64,000 bases of DNA, taken from contig OZ242011.1 in the NCBI GenBank assembly GCA_965204755.1, positions 1,856,001 to 1,920,000 on the forward strand, read 5' to 3'. Below the pieces are notes generated by a model that was not told the DNA's origin, did no database searches, and saw only the letters and a program-made list of their open reading frames with translations. The position numbers and the translations under genes were made by a program. This DNA is from Candidatus Marinacidobacterium sp. Its GTDB lineage: Bacteria > Acidobacteriota > Vicinamibacteria > Marinacidobacterales > Marinacidobacteraceae. Below, piece after piece: positions 1 through 9,687 of this stretch (positions are counted from its first letter, which is position 1; each line of letters starts with the position of its first letter).

Positions 1-72
1 CCGTCCCCGCCGAACGGTCCACGACCGAGACGAGAATTCGAAGAAAACGCCACAAGAGGAGGCCAAAACACG

Positions 73-402
73 ATGTGGAAGACCATCACCAAGACCATCC
101 GCAATCTCCTGCTCAACGCCCTCGCCATACCGAGTATTCTGCTTGGTGTGATCTGCTTGATTACTTGGCTGACAGTGATTGTCGTAGTAACCGGCACTTG
201 GATAATTTCGGTTGTCGCATTGACCGGCGCGATCCTCATCGTTGCGTCGCCGCCCGGTTTCCTGCTCGCCATGGCCGTGGCGTACGAAAAGGGACGCAAG
301 GAACGCAAGAAGCGCAAGCGCAAGGCCGAGAAGAAGCGTCGCACCGCTCGGGCTCTGCCCATCAGTCCGGACTACGCCGCGGCGGACGGCGAACACCAAT
401 GA
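73..402 (+). CDS. small membrane protein, hypothetical
   Basis: GAGGAGG RBS upstream; long hydrophobic stretch followed by a Lys/Arg-rich tail. Confidence 0.65.
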   Translation: MWKTITKTIRNLLLNALAIPSILLGVICLITWLTVIVVVTGTWIISVVALTGAILIVASPPGFLLAMAVAYEKGRKERKKRKRKAEKKRRTARALPISPDYAAADGEHQ

Positions 403-475
403 GCGGGCAGGCCGGACATCCGCGACTGTCCCTCGACCAGCGAGTCGCAGCACGACCATCGAAACGAGGTGCATC

Positions 476-745
476 TTGGACCTGATCGGCCTCATACTGG
501 GATGGTTCTTCTTGGGTTTCCTCGACGAGAACTATCCCAGATTCTTCAAATGGGTCTTTCTTCCTCTGGCTCTCTGGGTCTCTATTGCCCTTGTTGTCAG
601 TTGTGTTGATGACTTGCTACACCACGATGCCGTAGAGAGTGTTGATTGCGGCAACCCGGATGTCCGATGTATCAACGGGCCCCACTCGGTTGACTGCAGC
701 GCCCCGGCGATCCGGTGCATCAACACTGACGGCGACCTACCGTGA
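476..745 (+). CDS. small membrane protein with duplicated SVDC-x5-RCIN motif
   Basis: GAGGT RBS then TTG at 476, in the frame of ORF 242..745; two hydrophobic segments, then SVDCGNPDVRCIN / SVDCSAPAIRCIN. Confidence 0.55.
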   Translation: MDLIGLILGWFFLGFLDENYPRFFKWVFLPLALWVSIALVVSCVDDLLHHDAVESVDCGNPDVRCINGPHSVDCSAPAIRCINTDGDLP

Positions 746-799
746 CCTCGACCACGGAGAGTCGCGTCCGAACGGAGTCTCGATGGCGGATTGGAAGAC

Positions 800-834
800 A
801 TACGACGGAATCTGTCGCCCTGTCGATCTATCGT
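800..834 (+). promoter_or_regulatory. putative WYL-regulator box + -10 (copy 1)
   Basis: ATACGAC-GGAATCT-GTCG, 11 nt, TATCGT. Confidence 0.65.
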
Positions 835-916
835 TCCCTTGCCGCCGGACGATGTGTGTCGAAATCGGCCGGTCGAGGGCCGGTCGGACGCTCCGACGGG
901 CGGTGAGGAAACGAAC

Positions 917-1063
917 ATGCGGTATCGCTCTACGAAGAACATCGTGCGACTCGCCACCGAAGTCGGGTGTGTCCGGCACGGGATGACCAACGAGGATATC
1001 TGGAGTGAAGCCGCCGGCTTTCGGCGGCCGAGCGGACGGAGAAGGGAGACGCCTTCGACATGA
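917..1063 (+). pseudogene. truncated duplicate of the 5' end of the WYL regulator gene
   Basis: MRYRSTKNIVRLATEVGCVRHGMTNEDI aligns with (L)RYGPTKNVVRLAVKLQGAPRGLTMEEI at 2330; the upstream ~115 bp is also homologous to 2213-2330; stop overlaps ATG at 1060. Confidence 0.8.
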
Positions 1064-2043
1064 GTACGCCGGATTCTCTGCCGCCGGAGAAGGCCCGGCC
1101 TTCCGCGGCCTCCGCTCCGGAAAAAGGTTTTCCGAGCGACGAGGCTCGAGCACTCGCGATGTCGCGGAGATGGTGGGTCTGCTTCGCGCTGTCCTTCGAG
1201 ATCTGGTGGGTCGGATTCGTCGCGCTCCACCCCTTCTACCCTTTCGTGGACACCGCCTTGACGCGGGCGGCGTGGGCCGCGGTTCCGGTTGCCTTGGTCG
1301 CGGCCCGTGCGGTCTTGGTGTGGGTGAGCCTTTACGAGACCATGCGTACTCTCGTGCGTGCTCTCGCTGAGAGCAAGCTGGCCGAGTCCGGTGCAGTGCA
1401 CCATTTTTGGCTTCTCATCCCGGGATTCCTCCTTGGCGGAGCGTTCTCGAAGCGCAAGATCGTGCGGCTGCGCCGCGCGGTCAAGCGAGTTCCCCGCTCA
1501 GCGCGAAAGCACCAGTTCCGTACATGGAGGGCTCCGACGCGAAACGCACTGTGGGCCTGGGGACTGATCTTCTATCCGGCTTGGTTCGTGATCGGTGCGG
1601 TGCAGGCTGTAATCGGCCGAGATCATGTGACAGGAGTCCTCGAGATATTCGGTGCGTCGGTCGGTGTGGCGGTCATGGTCGTGGCCGCGCGGACGATCGT
1701 TCTCGTGCGGCGTGCGCGGAGGAAGTTCCGCGGCTCTCTGAACGACGCATCCACCGTAGGCGTGGCGGGCCTCGTGGTCGCGGAAGTCGTCGGCAACGCG
1801 CCGAGAAGGGTCGGCCGACGGCTGACCCGCCGCTATGTGCGGTATCTGACCTCGTTCTGGCGCACGAGGCTGCTGAATTTCTTGGCCCTTCTCTTTCTCG
1901 CAGCGATCATCCTCGCTTGGTTCGACTTCACGACACTGCTGAACCACCTCTCCCGGTTGTCTCCCGGTCTCGCGGTCCTCCTCATCTGGAGGCATCGAAA
2001 GGCCCGGAAGAAGGGCGCGGGGCGCACGAGAAAAAAGGATTGA
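1060..2043 (+). CDS. polytopic membrane protein, hypothetical
   Basis: 327-aa ORF with several hydrophobic segments separated by Arg-rich loops. Confidence 0.7.
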   Translation: MSTPDSLPPEKARPSAASAPEKGFPSDEARALAMSRRWWVCFALSFEIWWVGFVALHPFYPFVDTALTRAAWAAVPVALVAARAVLVWVSLYETMRTLVRALAESKLAESGAVHHFWLLIPGFLLGGAFSKRKIVRLRRAVKRVPRSARKHQFRTWRAPTRNALWAWGLIFYPAWFVIGAVQAVIGRDHVTGVLEIFGASVGVAVMVVAARTIVLVRRARRKFRGSLNDASTVGVAGLVVAEVVGNAPRRVGRRLTRRYVRYLTSFWRTRLLNFLALLFLAAIILAWFDFTTLLNHLSRLSPGLAVLLIWRHRKARKKGAGRTRKKD

Positions 2044-2212
2044 GGGTCGCTTCCTCGCGCGCGGAGGACGGCAGCCGTCGTCCGGCTTTCGGGCGGGGGC
2101 TCTCCGCCCCTCGTACCGAGCCGACCGCCCGACAGCGCTGCCCCTCCCCGGCCGCGGTCCGTAGCGCCCCGCTCGGCGGCGCTCCGGTTCGCCCCGTCGG
2201 CCCCTCCAAAAT

Positions 2213-2247
2213 CTACGACACATTTTGTCGCATACCCCGTCTAAGGT
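2213..2247 (+). promoter_or_regulatory. putative WYL-regulator box + -10 (copy 2, autoregulatory)
   Basis: CTACGAC-ACATTTT-GTCG, 11 nt, TAAGGT, directly upstream of the WYL gene. Confidence 0.7.
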
Positions 2248-2329
2248 TCCCCCTGCCGCCGGAAGAGGGCGTCGAGGCCGGCCCGTCGGGGGTCGGTCGG
2301 GCGTTCCGACGGGCGGCGAGGAGACGCAA

Positions 2330-3319
2330 TTGCGATACGGCCCCACGAAGAATGTCGTTCGGCTCGCCGTCAAACTGCAGGGCGCGCCGCGCGGGCTGAC
2401 CATGGAAGAGATCCAGCGCGAAGTCGGCGGCTCCCGGCGGACGGCGGAGCGGATGAAGAACGCCGTCGAGGAGTGCTTCGACACCCTCCACGCGGTGGAG
2501 AGCGACGACCGGAAGACGCACTGGCGCCTGGAGTCGCGGGCGCTCCGCGGATTAATCCGGATCACCCCGGAAGAATTGGCCGAGATGTCGCCGATGACCG
2601 AAGCCCTGGAACGGGCCGGGCACACCGAGCGCGCCGCCGCCGCGCGGGCGCTCGCCGACAAACTGCGGGCGCTCCTGCCCTGCCGCCCCGAGCCCGGCGA
2701 GCCGGACGAAGACCTCGAAGCGCTGCTCCGCTCCGAGGGGCTGGCCATGCGGGCCGGCCCCCGCCCGCGGCTGGAGCCGGGCCTGCTCCCCCTCCTCCGC
2801 GAGGCGATCCTCACGCGGCGGGTCGTCGAGTTCGACTACCGGGCGCCGAACCGAAGCGAGCCGAAGACCTTCTCGGCGCACCCGCACGGCATCCTCTACG
2901 GCGCGCGGCCGCACCTCGTGGCCCGCGCCGACTGGGCGGACGACCTGCGCCTGTGGCGGCTCGACCGCATCCGCCGCGCCCGCGTCACCGACCGGCCGTT
3001 CACCCCGGCCCCGGACTTCGACCTCGAGGACTACGCCCGCCGATCGTTCGGCACCTACCGGGAGCCGCCGGTCCCGGTTGTCCTACGCTTCGCCGCCGCC
3101 GTGGCCGACGACGCGGAAGGGTTCCTCTTCCACCCCGGCCAGACCGTCGAGCGCAACCCCGACGGAACGGTCACGGTCCGCTTCGAGGCCGGCGGCCAAC
3201 AGGAAATGGCCTGGCACCTTTTCACCTGGGGCTCGAGCGTAACCATCGAAGAGCCCCGTTCCCTCCGCGACCGCCTCGCGGGCCTGTGCGCCGAACTCGC
3301 CGCGCACCACGCACCATGA
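2330..3319 (+). CDS. HTH-WYL-WCX transcriptional regulator (DriD/PafC-like)
   Basis: N-terminal wHTH (LTMEEIQREVGGSRRTAERM), WYL core (FDY..HPHGILYG..HLVA..WRLDRI), WCX tail (EMAWHLFTWG..IEEP..LR); GAGGAG RBS and TTG start. Confidence 0.9.
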   Translation: MRYGPTKNVVRLAVKLQGAPRGLTMEEIQREVGGSRRTAERMKNAVEECFDTLHAVESDDRKTHWRLESRALRGLIRITPEELAEMSPMTEALERAGHTERAAAARALADKLRALLPCRPEPGEPDEDLEALLRSEGLAMRAGPRPRLEPGLLPLLREAILTRRVVEFDYRAPNRSEPKTFSAHPHGILYGARPHLVARADWADDLRLWRLDRIRRARVTDRPFTPAPDFDLEDYARRSFGTYREPPVPVVLRFAAAVADDAEGFLFHPGQTVERNPDGTVTVRFEAGGQQEMAWHLFTWGSSVTIEEPRSLRDRLAGLCAELAAHHAP

Positions 3320-3903
3320 CTCGACCCCTCGACCCCACCACCGCCCCGCCGCCGGCGCCCGGCGCCCCGACGAAATTCGTCGCGCTCGACTTCGAGACCG
3401 CCAATATCTGGCGCGACAGCGCCTGCGCCGTCGGCGTGGTCGTCGTTGAAGACGGCCGCATCACGCACTCCGTCCACCGCCTCATCCGCCCCCCGAAGAG
3501 TTGGTTCTCGTTCACCTGGCTCCACGGGTTGGACTGGAAGAAGGTCCGCGACGCGCCGGCGTTCGACGCCGTGTGGCGCGACCTGGCGCCGCTGTTCGAC
3601 GGAGCGGACTTCGTGGCGGCGCACAACGCCTCGTTCGACCGATCGGTGCTCGCCGCCTGCTGCAGCCGCCACGGGTTGGCCACCCCGCCGCAGCCCTTCG
3701 TCTGCTCGGTGAAGGTCGCCCGCGAAGTCTGGAACTTCTACCCGACGAAACTCTCCGATGTCTGCGCCCGGCTGGACATCCCGCTGAACCACCACGAGGC
3801 CCTTTCCGACGCGAAGGCCTGCGCCCGCATCGTCATCGCGGCCACCGCCACCGGCTGGCGCCCCCGCCTCCCCGGGTCCGCGCCGCCCCCGCCGGAGGCC
3901 TGA
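3316..3903 (+). CDS. DEDDh 3'-5' exonuclease (DnaQ-like)
   Basis: ALDFETAN, AHNASFD, HHEALSDA motifs; ATGA overlap with the WYL gene. Confidence 0.9.
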   Translation: MTRPLDPTTAPPPAPGAPTKFVALDFETANIWRDSACAVGVVVVEDGRITHSVHRLIRPPKSWFSFTWLHGLDWKKVRDAPAFDAVWRDLAPLFDGADFVAAHNASFDRSVLAACCSRHGLATPPQPFVCSVKVAREVWNFYPTKLSDVCARLDIPLNHHEALSDAKACARIVIAATATGWRPRLPGSAPPPPEA

Positions 3904-4116
3904 ACCCCCCGCGCCGCCGGCGGGCCGCAAACGCGCCCACCGGCCGGCGCGTGCGGTCGTCGGCGCTCCCCACTCGCGAGAACGGCGCTCTTGCGGAAGG
4001 CGGGGCCGAGAACCGTCGCTTCCGACCCCCCACCGTCGCGCCGGTTCGCCTCCCGAGCGCTCGGGATTCATGGCCACCGGCGCTCGCCCGACTGCGAGCC
4101 GTCCCTCGCCGGCGTC

Positions 4117-4145
4117 TTGCGCCCCCTCCCGCAGTTTTCTATAGT
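4117..4145 (+). promoter_or_regulatory. sigma70-like promoter for the vsr/R-M genes
   Basis: TTGCGC-N17-TATAGT. Confidence 0.45.
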
Positions 4146-4248
4146 CGCGCTCAACGGGATTCCCGCGTCCGTCCGGGCGCGTGGGCGGCGATTCGCGCCG
4201 CCGATTCGTCTCCCCACCTTTCCATCGCAGGAGTTCACCCTCCGGTTC

Positions 4249-4740
4249 ATGACGACCTCTCCGGCGGCGGCGGCACTGCGCAGCCGCACGATGCGGGCGG
4301 TTCGGTCCAAGGACACGGCCCCGGAGATGCGCGTCCGCCGCCTGGCCCACCGCCTCGGGTACCGCTACCGCCTTCACCGGAAAGACCTGCCGGGAAAGCC
4401 CGATCTCGCATTCCCGTCCCGTCGGAAAGTCATCTTCGTCCACGGCTGCTGGTGGCATCAGCATGACTGCGCTCACGGACGCCGCCTCCCGGCTACCCGA
4501 CGGGAGTACTGGCTTCCCAAATTGAGCGGGAACCGGCGCCGCGACCGGGAGAACCGGCGGCGCCTCGAGGCCTCGGGCTGGGAAGTCCTGACCGTCTGGG
4601 AATGCGAGGTGACCGACGACTCCGCGCTGCGCGCGCGGCTTCGGAATTTCCTCGGCGAGACGCTCGCCCCACCCGGAGACCCCGCGCTCCCCCTGACCGC
4701 CGAGACCCGCGACAGTTTTCGTCCGGCCCCCGGGCGATGA
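4249..4740 (+). CDS. vsr: very short patch repair endonuclease
   Basis: RSRTMRAVRSKDTAPE, LPGKPD, FVHGCWWHQH, VWECE motifs. Confidence 0.92.
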   Translation: MTTSPAAAALRSRTMRAVRSKDTAPEMRVRRLAHRLGYRYRLHRKDLPGKPDLAFPSRRKVIFVHGCWWHQHDCAHGRRLPATRREYWLPKLSGNRRRDRENRRRLEASGWEVLTVWECEVTDDSALRARLRNFLGETLAPPGDPALPLTAETRDSFRPAPGR

Positions 4741-4839
4741 TCCCCGCATGAGATCGAGTCGACCTCCCCGCGCCGGGCGCGGCAGCGTCGCAGGCGAGTC
4801 CTCCCGCTCCGCTCCCCGATCCCCGAGCCCGGAGTTCCG

Positions 4840-5886
4840 GTGATGCCGCGGCCCTCTGCGATCAGCCTCTTCGCCGGCGCCGGCGGTCTCGACATCGGCG
4901 TCGACCGGGCGCGGATCAAGACGATCTGCGCCATCGAACTGGACCGACACTGCGCCGCGACGCTGCGCCGCAACGCCCGTCGCAAGACGGTGTGGCAGGT
5001 GGACACCCGCGCCTTGGATCCGCAACGGGTTCTCGAAGTGTTCGGCATCGAGCCCGGCGAACTCACGCTGCTCCACGGGGGGCCGCCCTGCCAACCATTC
5101 AGCCAGATCGGGCACCGACGCGGGCTCGACGACCCGCGCGGCGCCCTCGTCTTCGAGATGGCGCGATTCGCGGCCGTCCTCCGGCCTTCGGCGGTCCTGA
5201 TGGAGCAGGTTCCCACCTTTCTCCAGGCCAAGAGCGCCACGGGCGAGCCGCTCGTCGAGTCTCTGCGCGAGGCGTTCTCCCGCATCGGCTACGACCTGCA
5301 CTCGCACACCCTGGATGCCCTGCACTTCGGAGTCCCGCAGAAGCGCCGTCGCGCGTTCGTCGTGTGCGTGCCCGAAGGGCAGTCGTTCTCGTTTCCCGGC
5401 ATCGCTCCCGCGGCGGTGTCCACGGTCGGCGAAGCGATCCGGGATCTCCCGAAGCCGGCGGCCAAGGGCGTGGAGCCGGCTCTGCCCAACCACACGGACA
5501 TCACTCCCGCCCGTGATCGCCAACGCATCCGCTATGTCCCGGAGGGTCTCTGGCTCTCCAAGTCACCCGGCGTGCCCCCGGACATCATGCGCAATCTCAC
5601 GAGAAAGGACACGACGAAGTTTCGCCGCCTCCATCGTGGTCTGCCTTCCCCGACGGTTCGCTGCGGCGAACCCTTCTACCACCCGACAGAACCTCGCTAC
5701 ATCACGCCGCGCGAAGCCGCTCGACTGCAAGGCTTCCCTGACGGGCATGTTCTCGTCGGGCCGATCCGCGGACGAACGGGCCAGGTTCCCGATCTGGATC
5801 AACACCGACAGGTGGCAAACGCCGTTCCTCCGCCGCTGGCGGCGGCTGTCGCTCGAAGCATCGGAGCATCGTTGTGTCTTTCGTAG
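4840..5886 (+). CDS. DNA (cytosine-5) methyltransferase of a type II R-M system
   Basis: LFAGAGG (I), GGPPCQPFS (IV), MEQV (VI), PQKRRR (VIII), REAARLQGFP (IX), QVANAVPP (X). Confidence 0.93.
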   Translation: MMPRPSAISLFAGAGGLDIGVDRARIKTICAIELDRHCAATLRRNARRKTVWQVDTRALDPQRVLEVFGIEPGELTLLHGGPPCQPFSQIGHRRGLDDPRGALVFEMARFAAVLRPSAVLMEQVPTFLQAKSATGEPLVESLREAFSRIGYDLHSHTLDALHFGVPQKRRRAFVVCVPEGQSFSFPGIAPAAVSTVGEAIRDLPKPAAKGVEPALPNHTDITPARDRQRIRYVPEGLWLSKSPGVPPDIMRNLTRKDTTKFRRLHRGLPSPTVRCGEPFYHPTEPRYITPREAARLQGFPDGHVLVGPIRGRTGQVPDLDQHRQVANAVPPPLAAAVARSIGASLCLS

Positions 5887-6866
5887 TATCCGAACTCTTC
5901 GGTCAAGCGATCGGGGCTCGGAAGGCGGCGAAGGACGCTCGAGAGGACAGCGAGACAGAGACCTCCATTCGACAGGCGTGGTGCCCGTACATGGACGCCC
6001 GGTGTGATGGCGGCGGCAACCGGGACATGATGCGAGTCGCCGCGAACGACCCGGCGATCGGGCCCCTGTTCGACAAGGCGGTCGGCGATTCGACCGGCGG
6101 CCACATTCCGTGCGGCGTTTGCAGCGTCGAGCGCCATAGCAACGGAGAGCAGTGGGCCATCTGTCCGAGACGCCTGTTGGCCTTTGGCCCCTCCGGCGTC
6201 TCCGGGTATCACGAAGCACTGGCGCAGCGGATTCTCAAGATCGGCGGCTTCGAGGCGGGACAGCGTGTCGAAGTGTGGTCCGAGATCCACCTGAAGGAGA
6301 CGGGCCCCGATCATCGGAAGTTCGATTACCGACTGGACTATGTGATGCGAGGCGTTGAGAAGAAGTCCGCACCGCTCATCATCGAGGTCATGACCTGTTC
6401 GACTTCGGGCGGCAACAAGGCGAAAGGAACGGACATGAACATGGCCTTCCGTTCCGCCGTGCTGTTCGCTCGAGGAATCCGACCGGAACCGGCGCGATCG
6501 CCCGGCGTGAATGTGCGGCAGGTGTGGGCGCGCATGGCGTCGCAACTGATCGTCAAGTCGGAGGCCGCCCTCCATTGGGGAGGCCGAGCGGTATGGGTCA
6601 TACAGGATGTGTTGGCCCAGTACATCCAAAGCCAGACGGCACTTCCTCTCGAACGCCTCCGCTCCGACGACTGGATCCCCGGCGAAGTCAATCTGATCGT
6701 CTGCAGCCTCGATGGAGGAATGAAGTTGTACTCGGGCCCGATCCGCTCGTCCAAGTCGGCTCGTCCATGTTGGCTGGAGATTCTGGGCGCCCCCCATATT
6801 CCGGCGCTGGAATCGTTGGCGCGAAAACTGGACGAGAGCGCGCCTATCGGGCAATTCGCGATCTAG
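5874..6866 (+). CDS. NotI-like type II restriction endonuclease
   Basis: four-Cys pattern CPY..RC..GVCSV..ICPRR plus D..IEVM catalytic region; overlaps the methylase stop. Confidence 0.7.
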   Translation: MSFVVSELFGQAIGARKAAKDAREDSETETSIRQAWCPYMDARCDGGGNRDMMRVAANDPAIGPLFDKAVGDSTGGHIPCGVCSVERHSNGEQWAICPRRLLAFGPSGVSGYHEALAQRILKIGGFEAGQRVEVWSEIHLKETGPDHRKFDYRLDYVMRGVEKKSAPLIIEVMTCSTSGGNKAKGTDMNMAFRSAVLFARGIRPEPARSPGVNVRQVWARMASQLIVKSEAALHWGGRAVWVIQDVLAQYIQSQTALPLERLRSDDWIPGEVNLIVCSLDGGMKLYSGPIRSSKSARPCWLEILGAPHIPALESLARKLDESAPIGQFAI

Positions 6867-6893
6867 GCCGACGGTTCCCACGGCCGGCCCAAG

Positions 6894-7007
6894 TTGCGAC
6901 CATGAGATTGCGCAGTGGCGAAAGTGTTGCCCAAGATATTGCAAATGCGACATCACGGTTGTTGCGAAAATGATGCCAATACGATTGCGAACGCGCTGCT
7001 CCCGCTC
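6894..7007 (+). repeat. degenerate ~23-bp tandem repeat upstream of AAA ATPase gene
   Basis: T(T/G)GC(G/A)A units at 6894, 6916, 6939, 6962, 6985. Confidence 0.55.
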
Positions 7008-7045
7008 TACGCTTCGCCCTCGGCGCCGTCCGGCCGCTCACTGCA

Positions 7046-8308
7046 TTGCTCCAGAACACCGCTTACCGCCCCCGCATCGCCGACCGGGAACTGGCGCAGC
7101 GCCTTCGCGCCGCCGGAGCGGTCCTGATCGAAGGTCCGCGCGGCTGCGGGAAGACGGAGATCGCGAGGTGCGCCGCCGCGAGCGAAGTCCTGCTGGACAC
7201 CGACCGGAACGCGCGCGAAGCGCTGGCGGTCGACCCGAGCGTCGTGCTCGCCGGCGACACGCCCCGCCTCTTCGACGAGTGGCAGTCCACCCCGGAGGTT
7301 TGGAACCACCTGCGACAAGCCGTGGACGACCGCCGCGAACGGGGCCAGTTCATCCTGACCGCCTCCGCCATCCCTCCGGACGACCGGACGCGCCACACCG
7401 GCGCGGGACGCGTCGGCCGCTTCCGTCTGCGCCCGATGTCGCTCGCCGAACTCGGCCGTTCGACGGGCGGAGTCTCCCTCCGCGAGCTGCTCGACGGGGA
7501 TCGCCCGTCCGCCGGAAAGGCGGAACTATCGGCAGCGGAACTCGCCGAGATCCTCTGCGTCGGCGGCTGGCCCGGACACCTCGACTCGCCGCCGAAAGCG
7601 GCCGCGCGCGCCAACCGTGACTACCTCGAAGACACCTGCCGAAAGGACCTGGAGCGGGCGGACGGCGTCCGCCGCGACCCGCGCCGCGTGAGCCGCTTCC
7701 TCAAGTCGCTCGCCCGCCACACCGCGACCTGCGCTTCGCTTGCGACCATCGCCCGCGATGTGGGCGGTTCGGAGGAAACCGTCGCCGCGCCCACCGCCCG
7801 CGCCTACCTCGCGGCCCTCGAACGAATCATGGTGGTGGAAGACCAGCCGCCCTGGTCGCCGCGGCTCCGTTCCCGCTCCCGCCTCCGCGCCGCGCCGAAG
7901 CGCCACTTCGCGGACCCGTCCCTGGCCGTGGCCGCCGTGGCCGCCGGCCCCGCCCACCTGCTCCGGGACTTCCGGTGGTTCGGCTTCCTCTTCGAGTCGC
8001 TGGTCGTCCGCGACCTCCGGGTGTACGCCCAGGCCACCGGCGGCCTCGTCCACCACTACCGCGACAACACCGGCCTCGAAGTGGACGCCGTCGTGGACGC
8101 CGGCCCCGGCCGCTGGGGAGCGTTCGAGGTGAAGATGGCCGCGGCCCGCGCCGACGAAGCCGCCGCGAACCTCCTCCGCTTCGCCGAACGGGTGGACACC
8201 GACCCCATCGGGAAACCGAGCGTCCTCGGCGTGATCGTCGCCAACGGCTACGCCTACCGCCGCCCCGACGGCGTCGCCGTCATCCCGATCACCGCACTCG
8301 GCCCGTAG
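7046..8308 (+). CDS. AAA+ ATPase with DUF4143 / PD-(D/E)XK-like C-terminus
   Basis: GPRGCGKT, FDEWQ, LRPMSLAE, KRHFADP, GFLFE, EVDAVV..FEVK. Confidence 0.9.
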   Translation: MLQNTAYRPRIADRELAQRLRAAGAVLIEGPRGCGKTEIARCAAASEVLLDTDRNAREALAVDPSVVLAGDTPRLFDEWQSTPEVWNHLRQAVDDRRERGQFILTASAIPPDDRTRHTGAGRVGRFRLRPMSLAELGRSTGGVSLRELLDGDRPSAGKAELSAAELAEILCVGGWPGHLDSPPKAAARANRDYLEDTCRKDLERADGVRRDPRRVSRFLKSLARHTATCASLATIARDVGGSEETVAAPTARAYLAALERIMVVEDQPPWSPRLRSRSRLRAAPKRHFADPSLAVAAVAAGPAHLLRDFRWFGFLFESLVVRDLRVYAQATGGLVHHYRDNTGLEVDAVVDAGPGRWGAFEVKMAAARADEAAANLLRFAERVDTDPIGKPSVLGVIVANGYAYRRPDGVAVIPITALGP

Positions 8309-8422
8309 CCGGGAAACCCGACCGCCCGCGTCCCCGGGCCGGTCGCCCCCGCCACCGGCGCAACGGATCTCGCTCCGCCGCGGCGCCGCCGGGGCGCGAG
8401 CCGCGCTCACGCCGGTGCGAAC

Positions 8423-8456
8423 TGCGACCGGAACTGACGCACGGACTCGCAACACT
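8423..8456 (+). promoter_or_regulatory. putative WYL-regulator box + weak -10 (copy 3)
   Basis: TGCGAC-CGGAACT-GACG, 11 nt, AACACT. Confidence 0.5.
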
Positions 8457-8585
8457 GGCGCAGTCCCGCCTTCGCTGCGGTCGGCGACCGGGCGGCAGCA
8501 GCGCCCGGCGCCGGCAGCGATCCGTGGCGCCGAGGCAGCCCGCGCCGCTCTGCCCGCCGAAGTCCGCCAACCATCAGGAGAACCG

Positions 8586-9671
8586 ATGACGCGAACACGA
8601 TCCTGTCTTCTTTCCGCACTCGCGCTCGCCCTCGCGCCGAGTCTCACCGCCGCGCAACCGAGAATCGAACGCGTAAACCTCAACGCCCGTCCGCAGTCCG
8701 ATTGCGCCGAATGGGGGGCCGCCGGCTTCCTCGAGGAGCAGCCGGTCGAGCGCATCGTCGCCTGCATCGCCGCCGGCTCCGACCCGAATGAGACTTTCGA
8801 CAGCGGCCGCACGGTTCTTCGCCATTCCGTCTCGATCGCGACAGAGAAGCGTCCGGAGTTGATCGATGTCGTAGAAGCATTGATCGCCGCCGGCGCCGAT
8901 GTCCACCACCGGGACCCGACCGCGAACGGGTCCGAGCCACTTGTCGCCGTGGCGGTGTCGGCAGCACTCGACTCGCGACACCGGGCGATCGCCGAGCGGG
9001 TCGTCGACGCGCTCCTCGAAGCCGGGGCCGACGCTGACGCTTCGGTGGAAGACAACGACTCCAGCGCCGACGGGATCACTCCCCTGATGATGGCGGCATT
9101 CAAGGACGCGCACCGCCTCGTCGAGGCTCTGATCCGCGCCGGCGCCGATCCCGAGGCCACCTTCAGCGGATTCACGCCACTCCATGCCGCCCTCGCCTCT
9201 CGCCAGAGGCCGCATGCGGTGGTCGAAGCGTTGCTCGATGCCGGCGCGGACACCGGTTTCCGATCGCCGGACGGACAACTCCCCATACATCGCGCCGCCA
9301 GACGGGCCGACGGCGGCGAGTTGATCTCCCTGCTCGCCGCTGCCGGCGCCGATGTCAACGCCCGGGCCACCGAAATGCGCGAGACGGCGCTCCATATCGC
9401 GGCCGGGCACAACTCGAATCGCGAAGTGATAGATGCGCTCCTGGCCGCCGGGGCGAATACGGAAGTACGGAGCAACGCCGGCCAGACTCCGCTGCACTGG
9501 TCGGTGATCTTCGCCCGGAGCACGACCGGCTTGGAGGCGCTGCTCGCCGCCGGCGCGGATCCGAATGTCGTCGATGTGCTGGGTCTTCTGCCCATCGAGT
9601 ATGCCGAGGACAACAAGTTGATTCGCGGAACGGGGGCCTATGTCAACCTGATTCGAGCGCGCTTGCGGTGA
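8586..9671 (+). CDS. secreted ankyrin-repeat protein
   Basis: signal peptide LLSALALALAPSLTA; repeated G.TPLH..A / LLAAGAD.N; AGGAG RBS. Confidence 0.9.
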   Translation: MTRTRSCLLSALALALAPSLTAAQPRIERVNLNARPQSDCAEWGAAGFLEEQPVERIVACIAAGSDPNETFDSGRTVLRHSVSIATEKRPELIDVVEALIAAGADVHHRDPTANGSEPLVAVAVSAALDSRHRAIAERVVDALLEAGADADASVEDNDSSADGITPLMMAAFKDAHRLVEALIRAGADPEATFSGFTPLHAALASRQRPHAVVEALLDAGADTGFRSPDGQLPIHRAARRADGGELISLLAAAGADVNARATEMRETALHIAAGHNSNREVIDALLAAGANTEVRSNAGQTPLHWSVIFARSTTGLEALLAAGADPNVVDVLGLLPIEYAEDNKLIRGTGAYVNLIRARLR

Positions 9672-9687
9672 CGCCGAGAAAGTAGCG

